Positions 51,101 to 63,522 of a DNA stretch of 64,000 bases are shown here, one piece after another (the first letter of the stretch is position 1; each line of letters opens with the position of its first letter). Below the pieces are notes generated by a model. The model was given only the letters and a program-made list of their open reading frames with translations. It did not search any database and had not been told where the DNA came from. The DNA comes from Octopus vulgaris (taxonomy: Eukaryota): assembly GCA_951406725.2 (NCBI GenBank), contig OX597829.1, positions 29,264,001 to 29,328,000 of the forward strand, in the 5' to 3' direction. Both the position numbers and the translations under genes were made by a program.

Positions 51101-54042
51101 GTTGCATTCTACTTATTCTCTCTTAGACTTCAGCAATTTCGTTTTCCCCCTCTCTATTTATGTTTGTTACATGGAAAATAAAGACACTGATGATAGTTAC
51201 GGTTTTCATACTGGATGGGGATTTTCTGGTGTTTTCCGAAGAATTATTTGCGAAATTACCATTTTCGATGTTGGATTTACAATTCTTCGATTCCATACTT
51301 GATAATAAATTTATTGAAACAAAAATAACAGATTTACATATAAAATTATATATATATATAAAATAAAATATCAATTGTTGATTTTGCTGTGCATGTTTTG
51401 TTTTTTTCTTTTCCTTTCTTCTTTATATGAAAGATTTCCCATCTGTAAAATTCAGTGCTGTTGCTATCAAAGTGGGTGGGCTGCATTTTAGACATGCCAT
51501 CCCCCCCCCCCCCAATAAACAAACAAGAAAAATGAGTTAGCCATTAATTCACATCTTGTAATCAATTTATGGGTGAATTAATTATGATTATGGATTAACT
51601 GTCATAAGTGTAAAGATATCTGCAATGAAGTGCTAATAAAATTATATATATACATACACACAGACATATATACAACGCACACATACACACACACACATAC
51701 ATACATATAAAGCTGAACTTCTTTCTGAACAAAAGCATTAAAAAACTAATCATATATTATAAATAGAATGGATACCATGAATTTACATGTTCCACATTTT
51801 CCATGCATTAACGATAATAATGGTTTCCTTGGCACAAAGCCATAAATTTTGTAGACAATTATAGTAGTAATAAAAGTGTAGACATTTAATATCAGCTTCT
51901 ATCTGTTATGTTGATTATTGGTGTAAAACATGAAAGAAAATAGAGTAATCATCTGGAAAATTTTAATTATTATTGCAATAACTCATTTTAAAAATTTAGA
52001 TATATATTTAGCTCCAAATCAGCCATGACTGATCAGGCAAACCTATGATCAAGGGTGTACCTAACTATGACTATACTGTCCCCATGGACATTGCATATCT
52101 TGAAGTACATTACCCAATGTGCCTCCTTTTCTTTTCAAGAATGCCATGTGTATTCAAAGGGGGATTTGGTGGCTATTTCTAGTTGGTCAAGCAACTATAC
52201 AGAGGTCCACGTTGTTGTTAGGTCAATTACCAACCTAATTAGCCGGTGTCATTATATCTGTAGTGAGGCCTAGACCTCACTTCCTGCATATCTAATGCAA
52301 AAGACATGTTTGCTTTTGCACAACTTCTAATTCTATTTGTTTGTGTGTAGCAAATGATGAAATTACATCTTCAAATGATAAATGGTTACTGTTATGGAAT
52401 CTGTAACTTAAAATAGATTTCATAAAAAACTTTCCCATTTGTTGGACATTAGTCTAAAATAGTAAAATTGAAGCATTAAACCATTAAGTATCCTCAACAA
52501 CTTGGAGCAGTAAACATACACATTGTTAAGTCGTTAATTAAATATTTTATCCATTCAGCTATTTCACCACCAAGACTCTATTAAGTAAGATGTCATTCCT
52601 AAGAAAGGACTGAATGATAGAATGGAAATTTCTCAAAAAATTTTATTGTCTCTTAGGAATATCATCATTCATAACTTCCTTTCAATCAAAATTCTTTGAA
52701 AAAATTTTGGCAAAGAAGGAAGTTCCAAATATAACTTATAGGGTAGTTACAGAACCTACCCTAATGGTGCTGGTACTCCTGGCAATATGAATTTTGGTAC
52801 TCTTAAATTTTTATTTTTTTTTCATTTTCATTAGCAGTTGAACATGTAAATACCAGACTAAAGTATTTATTTTATTTTCATTTTGTCTTTTTATTTCAGA
52901 AATCTCAAACACAAATCATGACACCTAGCCAAATGCCCAAGTAATCAATACTTAAAGCAAGCTCTGGGTAGCACTGGTCAGTGATTTGTGTCTTATGTTT
53001 CAAATAACAATTATATGCTAGCTTTCAGTCTTGAAACACTTCCTCGTTGCATAAAATTCATTCTAATGTTTGACTTCTTTATAGTTTCATGAAGTTTTTC
53101 TTGAAATTCTAAGATTTAAAAACTGTTGCATTAGTTTTTCTTTAGAATTTTTAAAGATCTTGGAGGTTACTAAGAGACTGGAATGTACAAAACTTAATGC
53201 TTCCATTTCCTTATAACAAAAGAATCAACCTTTCTTTATGGTGACAGAATTTTTTCATAAGGATTAACAAGATACTGGATGCAGATACACAAGTATACTT
53301 ATTATTGCCATCCCCACCTAGGTGATTAGCAACCATCTTTGGATTGCCAATCAAATATATAACCAAAATTATAATCACAAGGATATATTTTGCTATTTAC
53401 TACAGAGAGTCTAACCAGAATTGTATTGTCTAATTCAGCACTCAATGACACTCCATGAAAAATAGAACGCTCTGAACATGAACACTTCCATTTCCTAAAA
53501 CTTTATTGACATATAACTTTGGATTTGACACCTCGTTTATAGTCCAAAATGTATGTATTTATAAATAAATATTTTAAATCTGTCAAACAAAAATTTTTTA
53601 TGTAATTCAAATAGATTTTAAGTGTCTAACTTTTCCTACTTCCCTCCCCATATTTTTTATTTGGTAATTCAAGACAAAAAACAAAAAGAAATCACTGAGT
53701 GCAGAGAATACTGCTGACCTTCACAAATACATAGAGTGGTTTCTGATACAATGCCAGGAGGTTTGAAGGGAGAAGTTTGGTTGATGCCACCATCCCAGTT
53801 TCTTCACTGATACTTTAATTTCAGGATGGTAGGTGAACTTGGAACAAATACTGCGAAGCATTTTTTTCTGATGTTCTGATGATTCTGCCAGATCACTACT
53901 TTATGATTTCCAATTTAGGTGTAAGGGCAGTACTTGCTTGGTACTTTACTTTATCAGTCTTTGGGGGACAAAAGGCAAAATTTTGTTCAGCATGATTTTA
54001 ACTCAAAACGTAAAGAGCTGTAAGAAAACCTGCAGGGTATTT

Positions 54043-54412
54043 TTTACTTGTTTCAGTCATTTGACTGGCCATGCTGGAGCACCCCTTTAGTTGAGCAAAT
54101 CGACCCCACAACTTATTCTTTGTAAGCCTAGTACTTATTCTATTGGTCTCTATTGCTGAACTACTAAGTTATGAGGAGGTAAACACAACAGCATTGGTTG
54201 TCAAGCAATGTTGGGGGGACAAACAAAAACACACACACATATATATACATATTCATATATACGATGGGCTTCTTTTAGTTTCCGTCTACAAATCCACTCA
54301 CAAGGCTTTGGTTGGCCCGAGGCTATACTAGAAGACACTTGCCCAAGGTGCCACGCAGTGGAACTAAACCCAGAACCATATGGTTGGTAAGCAAGCTACT
54401 TACCACACAGCC
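54043..54412 (-). mobile_element. SINE family A copy
   Basis: Full-length collinear match. Confidence 0.85.
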
Positions 54413-56833
54413 AATTGCATATATTGATTTAAAATTTTGGCTCACTGTCAGCAATTTCAGAGAAGGGATAAGTCAATTTCAGAGAAAGGAGCATTCAACT
54501 GGTACTTATTTAATCAATCCCAAATTATTGATTAAATTCACTGAAGTCAACCTTGTCTTGATAAAAGGCAAGGTTGACTTCAGTGAAATTTGAAGTCAGA
54601 ATGTAAAGACAGACAAAATACCGCTAAGTATATTGCCCAGCATGCTAATGATTCTGCTAGCTCACTGCCTTCACAAATGCATTTAACATCACTGTGTAGA
54701 AGCACAGCTTAAAGCTTTAACCAGTGAAAGGAAGAAGGTGCAACATCTATAGAAAGTTGAAATGATTAACGAGAAAGACTACCAACTTAAAGACACCAAT
54801 AATTCTAACACAGGTTCAAAGGAGCAAACTTTGGTGTGGAAGCATATAATTCAAACGAATTAACCCCAGTATTTCAGTGGTACTAATTCTATTCACTCTG
54901 GAGGGATGAAACACAAATCGTATATGGGGGGGATGAAAAGTGACATATATTTGTGTCAAATTAGCAGAATTATAGAATGTTGGATAAAATTATTTGCTGT
55001 ATCTGTTCCAGTTCAATGCATTTTGAGTTCAGGTTTCATCTAAGTCTACTTTGCCTTTTATCCTTTTGAAGTAGATAAATAAAGAACCAATGCCAGTCTA
55101 GATTGTTGATTGACAGAACTCTAAATAGCTCAGTTAGGATTCTTTGTAGTACCTGTTTAGACCCTGTACATTTTGAAGTAAAATTCTGCCTCCTGTCACT
55201 AGCATAAACAGTAAGAGTCAAGAATTTCTTAAGCACATGTCCAAATAATCCAATTGATTACTCTCAATGCAAACATACAGTTTGCAGGCAAGAATATAAA
55301 GTCCTAAGATACTTTGTACTCAGGAATGCTGTGTGATTAAGAAGCTTGCTTTGCATCCATGTGCATTCAGGTTCAGTCACACTGTACAGCACCTTAGGTT
55401 GACCAATGCTTTATGAATGAATTTGCTAGATGAAGCACATCATATGTACAAGGAGGTACTGAAAAGTTCCTGGCTTTAAGGGTATTGCAAAAGACCTGGT
55501 TGGCAGCCTAACCTTCTGAGATCTCTTACAGAGCTTAAGAAAACTGGAGGACCGCTGCAATAAGTGTACAAAACTGAGAGGAGAATATATCGAATAAAAT
55601 CATAATTAACCAATCTTCCTGTATTTTCTTTAACCCAAAGCCAGAGAATCCCCTCCTCTCTTTCAGCATACTTCTCTGCTGCCTTCTGGCCGCTACTTTA
55701 CACTCTGCCGCCGCCGCCGGCACTGTTTCATCCTGCATGCCAGTACATATATACATACATACCTTGATATCTGGCACCTTACCATCCTCAAGAAGACCTG
55801 TCCTCCACAGCAGAAGTTTTAAAACTGCCCTCACCCCAACTGCTGAAGAGGATTGGCCTGCAAAACCCCTGTGCCGGTGCCACATAAAAAGCATCTGTGC
55901 CAGCACCACATAATAGAACTTTTGCCAGTGCCATGTAAAAGTATCCATACTAGTGTCACATAAAAAGCACTCAGCACTCTCTGTAAAGTGATAGGCATTA
56001 GGAAGGGCATCCAACCATAGAAACCAAGCCAAAAATAGACGGGAACCTGGTGCAGTTCCCCTGCTTGCCAGTTCTGGTCAAACCGTCCAGCCCATGCCAG
56101 CATGGACAAGACATTAAATGATGATGATATACATGTGTACATATATATTTATATATAATGGGCTATCACACAATTTACATCTATTATGTTTACTTACAAA
56201 GCATAGGTCAGCCCAGAGCTATAGTAGAAGACACAAGTGGTAGTGGTGGTGGTGCCTCTTGACAACCACTTCTAACTCTTTCTGGAGGTATGGCAAGGGT
56301 CAAATCCTGCTGCTACACACATGTAATTTTCCAGTAGCAATCCTCTCCAGCACATAGTCATCTGAACAGAGCTTCAGGCCCTGTTCAAATATGTGGAGAT
56401 GAGTTTCAATGTTCAGCTGCAGTCATCCCTTCCTGCTGGCCATGGCTTTGAAGTTTCTGTTGCAGCTGTCCCTGTCATGTCTTATAGCATTCACTATGTT
56501 CACTGAGCATTGAGCAGCAGTCCTGATATTGGCATTTTGATACCTGGCATGAATCATCAGGATACAGGTAACTTTTTATCAATATTCAGATGGCTTCAGT
56601 CCTCAATGTCAGCTAACTTTTTCTCAACTACAACCTTAATCTTTATATTCTCCAGTGCCATTGACTGTTTGCCAATACATCAAGCAGTTCCTGACAAAAA
56701 AGAAATAGACATAAAATATAGTCAAATTTAGCCTGAATACTCTGTGTATATATAGATATGCACCCATCCACTGTTCCCTCTCTCTCTCAGATCTTTACTT
56801 TGAAGATGTGAGTCTTTAGTTGTAAAATGTTTT

Positions 56834-57501
56834 GGAAAGACTTCCTTCCATCCCCCCACTCATTTCCTCGCAAATTATTGTTTTTATTTATTTATTTTTT
56901 GCCAAAAACCCACATTTTTGGATAGAGAGATTCCGGAAAATTGCCAAAAATCGAAATTTTGACATTTTTGCCCCTCCACCATTTCTTCATTTTTCACTTT
57001 TTTCCATAACCCTAGCCCTAATCCTAAAACCATAACCCTAACACTAAAACCTAACCCTAACCGTAACTCTAACCCTAACCCTAACTCTAACCTTAAAACC
57101 CTAACCCTAACCCTAAAACTCTAACCCTAACCCTAAAACCCTAACCCTAAAACCCTAACCCTAAAATCCTAACCTTAACCCTAAAACCCTAACCCTAAGT
57201 AGAAACATTTTTGGAAATGTTTTTCAGAATCATAATCTCCGTATTTTTACCACATATTTTGAGAAAAAAATTTGTGAAAAAAGAATTTTACAAAAATTTT
57301 TGGAAACTTTTTTCAGAATCGTAATCGCTGAATTTTTCCGTATATTTTCAAAAAAAAATTCTGAGAAAGTTAAAAATGAAGAATTTTTGACAATTTTTTG
57401 CAGATTTGTATTCCCCATAGCCAAAAATGGGGGTTTGTGTAGAAAAAAAAATTAAATAATAAAAGGTGGGTTTTTGGTGGGGTACAAAAGGAAGTCTTGC
57501 C
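56834..57501. mobile_element. Non-autonomous DNA transposon (Merlin-like) with internal telomere-like repeats
   Basis: TIRs GGAAAGACTTCCTT / AAGGAAGTCTTGCC; perfect 8-bp TSD AATGTTTT at 56826-33 and 57502-09. GG-starting termini with an 8-bp TSD fit Merlin (Mutator not excluded). Confidence 0.7.
57007..57198 (+). repeat. Interstitial (CCCTAA)n / CCCTAAAA telomere-like array
   Basis: About 190 bp of CCCTAA units mixed with CTCTAA, CCTTAA and 8-nt CCCTAAAA variants. Confidence 0.92.
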
Positions 57502-58049
57502 AATGTTTTTTCAACTTGCTGGGTAACATGTCTTTTCACCTAAACAACACAGAGCAGAAGAGGTTGATCCTTGTTGCCAGTCCAATGAAACCCCAATTTT
57601 AAATAGTTATTGCAATATTTATGATTAGGTCGAGCTTTCGCATTATTATCACTATGCTTAGTTGCTTTTGACGAACATTCACTTTCAAATTCATAATCAT
57701 CACGGTTATGTTTCCTGTTCATAAACTTTTCCATTTTATGGGTAATTTAGTTTGTTAATATGGATTATCTCACACAAATAGTACAGATTACTAACAGAGT
57801 CAAACTGAGACTGAGATAAGTTACCAGTAAGCTGTGAAAAGTGGCAGCGTATCATATCGGACTCTTTTTCAAAATTAATTGAAAAGATGTAAATTCTCGC
57901 CACTATATGAATGAAAACAAATTGAAATACAGCTGCAATACATGAGGTCATATTAAAAGATTTAGTTTAACTTCATATATTTTCGTTCAATAGTTTATTT
58001 TTCACATTTATTATTGAAGTGAAAACTGCTGAGGATACGGCTAAAATAA

Positions 58050-58436
58050 ACAGAAACATAATCGAAATTGAACCAATCCTATGACTGGCACCCGGCAGAT
58101 GCCAGGACCCCTGGACTGGTGGTACGTAAAATGCACTATCCGAATCGTGGCCGATGCTAGCGCCGCCTCGACTGGCTTCCGTGCCGGTGGCACGTAAATT
58201 GCACCAATCCGACCGTGGCCGTTGCCAGCCTCGTCTGGCACCTGTGCGGGTGGCAAGTAAAAAGCACCCACTACACTCACGGAGTGGTTGGCGTTAGGAA
58301 GGGCATCAAGCTGTAGAAACATTGCCAGATAAGACTGGAGCCTGGTGCAGCCTTCTGGCTTCCCAGATCCCCGGTCGAACCGTCCAACCCGTGCTAGCAT
58401 GGAGAACGGACGTTAAACGATGATGATGATGATGAT
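58050..58436 (+). mobile_element. RTE LINE 3' end nested in hAT remnant
   Basis: CpG-rich, young copy ending (GAT)n. Confidence 0.85.
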
Positions 58437-59246
58437 AGTCGTGCACTGAATATGTCCATAAGACGTCAATTCTGAGAATAGATTGTTGCTAATTTAGTTC
58501 TTATCCTTATGAAATTTCAGATTCAACATTGTCATACCATAATTAGACAAAATGAATTGTATGATACAACCATCTCTTGTTCTTAGTTTCAAACATAGTA
58601 CTTAGTTTGCTTTTTTGCCACCTTCACATTTATATATGAACTACCTAGTGAATTTCAGTTTGAATTTTTCATATTTTGAAATATAATCTTACTTTTTCGA
58701 GGCACACCTAATTACATCTTGCAGCACACAGTTTGGGAACCACTGGTCCTGAGATTTATGATGAAATGATGAAGTCACTAGTGCTGGTGCCATGAAAAAA
58801 TGGGATCCAGTTCATTCTGTAAAGTGGTTGTTGTTAGGACAGGCATCTGGCCATAGAAACCATGCCAAAGCAAACACAGAAGCATGATGCAGTCCTCTGA
58901 CTTATCACATCCTATTAAACCATTCAACTCATGTCAGCACGAAAGATGTTAAATGATGACATGCATGCATGCACGTACACAGGCACACATGCATACATGC
59001 ATGTACGCACGTATGTATGTATGCATGTATGTGTGTACTTGTTTCAGCCATTTAACTGTGGCCATGCTGGGGCACCAGCTTGAAGGGTTTTAGTCGAACA
59101 AATCGACCCCAGGACTTTTTACTTTTTTTAAAGCCTGATATTTATTTTATCAGTAACTTTTGCTCAACCACTAAGTTACAAGGATATAAGCACACTGGCA
59201 TCAGTTATCAAGCAGTGGGGGGGGGGACAAATACAGACACAAAAAT

Positions 59247-59290
<44 letters not shown>

Positions 59291-59294
<4 letters not shown>

Positions 59295-59841
59295 ATAATA
59301 TTAGGGAGTAAATCCAAACTTACAGGGAAAAATTAGATTTAGGATTAAATCTAATTTTACAGTATAAATATATATATTAAATTAGAGATAAAACCACTAT
59401 TAGGCAAATCAAACAGTGAAAAACATAAACCAAAACATAGAAATAAAATTAATTAATATAATATACAAAATATATATAAAAAATATATAAAATATAAAAT
59501 TTAAAATTTAAATTATTTAAATTAAAATTAAGATTTTAAAAAAATTTCTAATTATTAATTTATACTTATAAATTTATATATATATATATATACATATATC
59601 TATATATTTTTTATTATTTTTATTTTTATTATTATTTTATATTTTTATTTTTTTTATATTTATTTTTTAAAAAATATATATAACTATTAAAAAGTATTAA
59701 AACGTTTAATATAAGATAATATCTTATATTAAATTTTTTAATACTTTTTGATAGTTATATATATTTTTAAAAAAATAAAAAAATAAAAATAATAAATAAA
59801 TAAATATATTTTTAAAAAATAAATAAAATAAAAATAATAAA

Positions 59842-59914
<73 letters not shown>

Positions 59915-60093
59915 TATATAAATTGATAATTTAAAAAAAAATTTATTTTAATTTTAATTTTAATTTTGAATTTTATATATTTTTTATATATTTTGGATAT
60001 TATATTGATTAATTTTATTTCTATGTTTTGGTTTATGTTTTTCACTGTTTGAATTGCCTAATAGTGGTTTTATCTCTAATTTAATATATATAT
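59291..60093. repeat. About 720-bp extremely AT-rich palindrome (59368-60093) with tail, Penelope-like layout
   Basis: Centre A59719 (tttaatataagata-a-tatcttatattaaa); the outer arms ttagagataaaaccactattaggc / gcctaatagtggttttatctctaa match exactly. Confidence 0.8.
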
Positions 60094-60095
60094 AA

Positions 60096-61457
60096 ACTAC
60101 GATTAAAAACTATAAAGCCATGTTTTTTTAAGTTATTTAGAAATTTAGCTCTGTATTTAAGTAGACTAAGGGACATAATATATTACAAATAGATATTTAA
60201 TGAATACTTTGAAATGTATCTTTATTATCACATGTACAATAGAGATATCTTTATTATCACATTACAATACCTGATTTTCCTGTTTTCCCAAAAATATCAA
60301 CACTTCAAAACTATAAATCCACTAATTTCTTTTCATTTCTTTCCAGATTGTTTTGAAAAATATTTGACTGAATCATATTTACTATGACTCAGATTACATT
60401 TTCAGTATACCTAAAGTTACAAAGCTTTTTGAAACTAAACAAGGGAAGATTTTTGCATTGAAAGTGGAAAAAATAAGTAACCAGAAGATTGTCAAGAAGA
60501 TTTGGTGAAGCAGAATGGCAGTGGACAATTTTCTGAAAGATTCTGATGGCTACAACATGATTCATGCTGGTGGACATTCCAAGGCTTACATCAGAAAGGG
60601 ACGAAAAGGCCATTGTCAGAGCTGTGAAGAAGTCATGCTGCTCTTCTGTTTCCAAAATCAAGGCATCAGCAGGAGGTAGGAGCCTCAACATTCACTGTAA
60701 GAAGAGTGATTTTGAACCATGGTATCCACTTGAAGAACCAGCTAGGGCACCTGTTATTGTCCCCTTCCTACAAAGCTGTTAGATGTCAGCAGCATCAGAC
60801 TTAGGATGGTGAATGGACCAGGGTTCTGTTCTCTGATGAAGAAAAATGGAACTTGGATGGTCCCAACGGTTATAAATATCAGTGGATAGATAAATGTTTA
60901 CAAAATTCTACTTATTCCAAGTGGCAGAACAGTGTAGGATTGTTATGGTGTGGAAATGAGAAGCTGTCACTTGTCATCATGGATGGTCATTTCAGTGCTA
61001 CACAATACAATGATATGTTGAATGGAGCTCACATTGACAAAGAAAGAAAAAGGCTCCATGGAGAGGACTTTATATTTCAACAGAATAATGCTTTTATTCA
61101 TAAAGCAAAGGCAACTTTGGATTTCCTCCATGCAATTGGTGTTGAAGTTATTCTATGGCCACCAAGAAGTTCTGACCTTAATCCAATAGAGAGTGTCTGG
61201 TGATATCTCACGAATGTTGTGTACAATGAAGGCAAGCACTATTCATCTCTTGATGAACTTGAAACAGCAATAAAGAAGGCCTGGGAAGAGCTTCCACTTG
61301 ATCTGCTTCAGAAGTTGTTGATTGGAAGCATGAAATCGTGTGTTTTTGAAGTAATTCAGAAAGGTGAAGAATATTATTGAAATATATCATAATTTCCCTG
61401 TTTTGCATCATTTTTGCAACATTATTTAACCTAGCGTTATCGTTTTTGAACAGGGTG
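60096..61457 (+). mobile_element. Tc1/Tc3-like transposon (pseudogenised)
   Basis: VLFSDEEKWNLDGPNG, FIFQQNNAFIH, WPPRSSDLNPIESVW; ends approximate. Confidence 0.88.
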
Positions 61458-62716
61458 TTTCTGGCTCTTTATGGTTTTTTGAATTATTAACTAATTTATT
61501 TTTGGATTTCAATAAATTTGAATATTGCAATGCCTTCTTCTATTCCATTTCCTATCTAGAGGTGAGTTTCATGAATTTTGGTAGTATAGTTCGCCAGAAA
61601 AACCAGACAGTGCTCTGACAGGCTTCTTTCAGTTTCTGTCTCCTAAATCCACTCACAATGCCTTGGTTGGCCTAAGGTTATAGTTGAAGACACTTGCCCA
61701 AGGTACCATACAATGGGACTGAACCCAGAACCATATGGTTGAAAAGCAAACTTTTTATTTCTTTATTGCCAATAAGGGACTAAACAGAGAAGGGACAGAC
61801 AAGGACAGTTAAAGGGATTAAGTTGATTACATCAACCCCAGTGCATAAGTGGTACTTTATTTATCGACCCCGCAAGGATGAAAGGCAAAGTCGACCTCAG
61901 CAGAATTTGAACTCAGAACATAACGGCATACGAAATACCACTAAGCATTTTACCCAGCGCGCTAACATTTCTGCCAGCTCGCTGCCTTCCCACACAAGCA
62001 AACTTCTTACCACACAGCTATGCCTATGCCTCATATATATATATATATATATGTATGCATGTATGTATATATATAGTATAAAGCTTGTCCACCCTCAAAA
62101 TTACTCAATGCTATCCGGTAGCATTATTATATACCTCCTAAGGCAGGGAACTGGCAGAATTGTTAGCACGCCATGCAAAATGCTTAGTGGCATTTCGTCT
62201 GCCATTACGTTCTGAGTTCAAATTCTGCTGAGGTCGACTTTGCCTTCCATCTTTTTGAGAGTGATGAAATAAGTACCAGTCATGCACTGGAGTCAATGTA
62301 ATTGACTCATTCCCATCCCACAGAAATTTTCAAGGCCTTGAGCCTAGAGTTGAAATAATTTTAGCTGAAACTGGAAAATCAAAAATCAAAATCAAATATA
62401 CAAAGTAAGATAGGGGTTGTGAGGGTAACCCACTATGGGATAGTGTGAACATTTATACTTGGTACCTTGCTTCATGAATTTTGTTACGTTGTTTAGTATT
62501 ACCGTTAAAACAACATTACTGTTGGTTTTGTTAAAAATGGTAATATATTACATTAGAATGCACTTACTGATCTATATGAAGCATGATAATCCAAAGTAAT
62601 GTGATATACTGTTCAATGTTGTTCTTCATGTTTTTTGCACATGTGATTAATATGTACGATTTGCCTATATGTATATATGTATGTATATTTGTATATTTTA
62701 TATGTATATATGTGGT

Positions 62717-62766
<50 letters not shown>

Positions 62767-62769
62767 TGT

Positions 62770-63070
62770 ATCATCATCATCATCATCATCGTTTAACGTC
62801 CGTTCTCCATGGGTTGGACGGTTCGACCGGGGATCTGGGAAGCCAGAAGGCTGCACCAGGCTCCAGTCTTATCTGGCAATGTTTCTACAGCTGGATGCCC
62901 TTCCTGACGCCAACCACTCCGTGAGTGTAATGGGTGCTTTTTACGTGCCACCTGCACAGGTGCCAAGCGAGGCTGGCAACGGCCATGGTCAGATTGGTGT
63001 ATTTTATGTGTCACTGGCATGGAAGCCAGTCGAGGCGGCACTGGCATCGGCCACGATTTGGATAGTGCTT
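62770..63070 (-). mobile_element. RTE LINE 3' end
   Basis: Reverse complement of the 58050-58436 type. Confidence 0.85.
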
Positions 63071-63229
63071 TTATATGTATATATTTTATATGTATATATT
63101 TTATATGTATATATGTGGTTATATTTTGAGTATCTCTTTCACCATTTATTTTCTTGTACTTATTGGATAATATGGGAAGCATGTTTTTTATATATCAATA
63201 TTATTATTATAACTTTTTAGTTATGTATA

Positions 63230-63361
63230 TCCTCTGACGAGGCCTTTGGTTATTTAAACAGACAAATATAATCTTTAATGTCTAAGACTATACTACAATG
63301 GCATATATGAGCAATTTAAGGTGGATTGCCTCTTGACCATAGGCTGAAACAGCTGTAAGGA
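63230..63361 (+). ncRNA. Type I hammerhead ribozyme with long stem II (Penelope-like element associated)
   Basis: Stem I TCCT(63230-33)/AGGA(63358-61); core CTGACGA 63234-40; stem II GGCCTTTGGTTA...TGACCATAGGCT; GAAAC 63346-50; palindromic AGCT; cleavage triplet GTA 63355-57. Confidence 0.75.
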
Positions 63362-63486
63362 GCAGTTTATTTGTATTATTTAAATTTTATTATTAATTTG
63401 CTTTTTGATGTATATTGTTTTGTTCGATTTTCATGTTCCTCTTTGTATAATTAATAAATAATATGAAATTGTAATATCCGTAAGTT

Positions 63487-63522
<36 letters not shown>

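Larger units (their letters stand above)
56790..58745 (-). mobile_element. hAT (Charlie/Buster-type) transposon 5' remnant with nested insertions
   Basis: Terminus CAGTGGTTCCCAAAC at 58731-58745 (minus). N-terminal peptide HKYCNNYLKLGFHWTGNKDQPLLLCVV...MLPSKLKKHFTTKDSHLQSKD resembles the Buster/ZBED5 BED-like finger. Confidence 0.75.

Noticed and set aside
57007-57198. True telomere or chromosome-fusion scar
   Set aside because: Short, degenerate, single orientation and enclosed by TIRs and a TSD.
62669-63220. Longest ORF in the track (183 aa) and look-alikes at 39512, 58041 and 38554
   Set aside because: Antisense read-through of the RTE 3' UTR plus microsatellite; near-identical peptides recur at each repeat copy.
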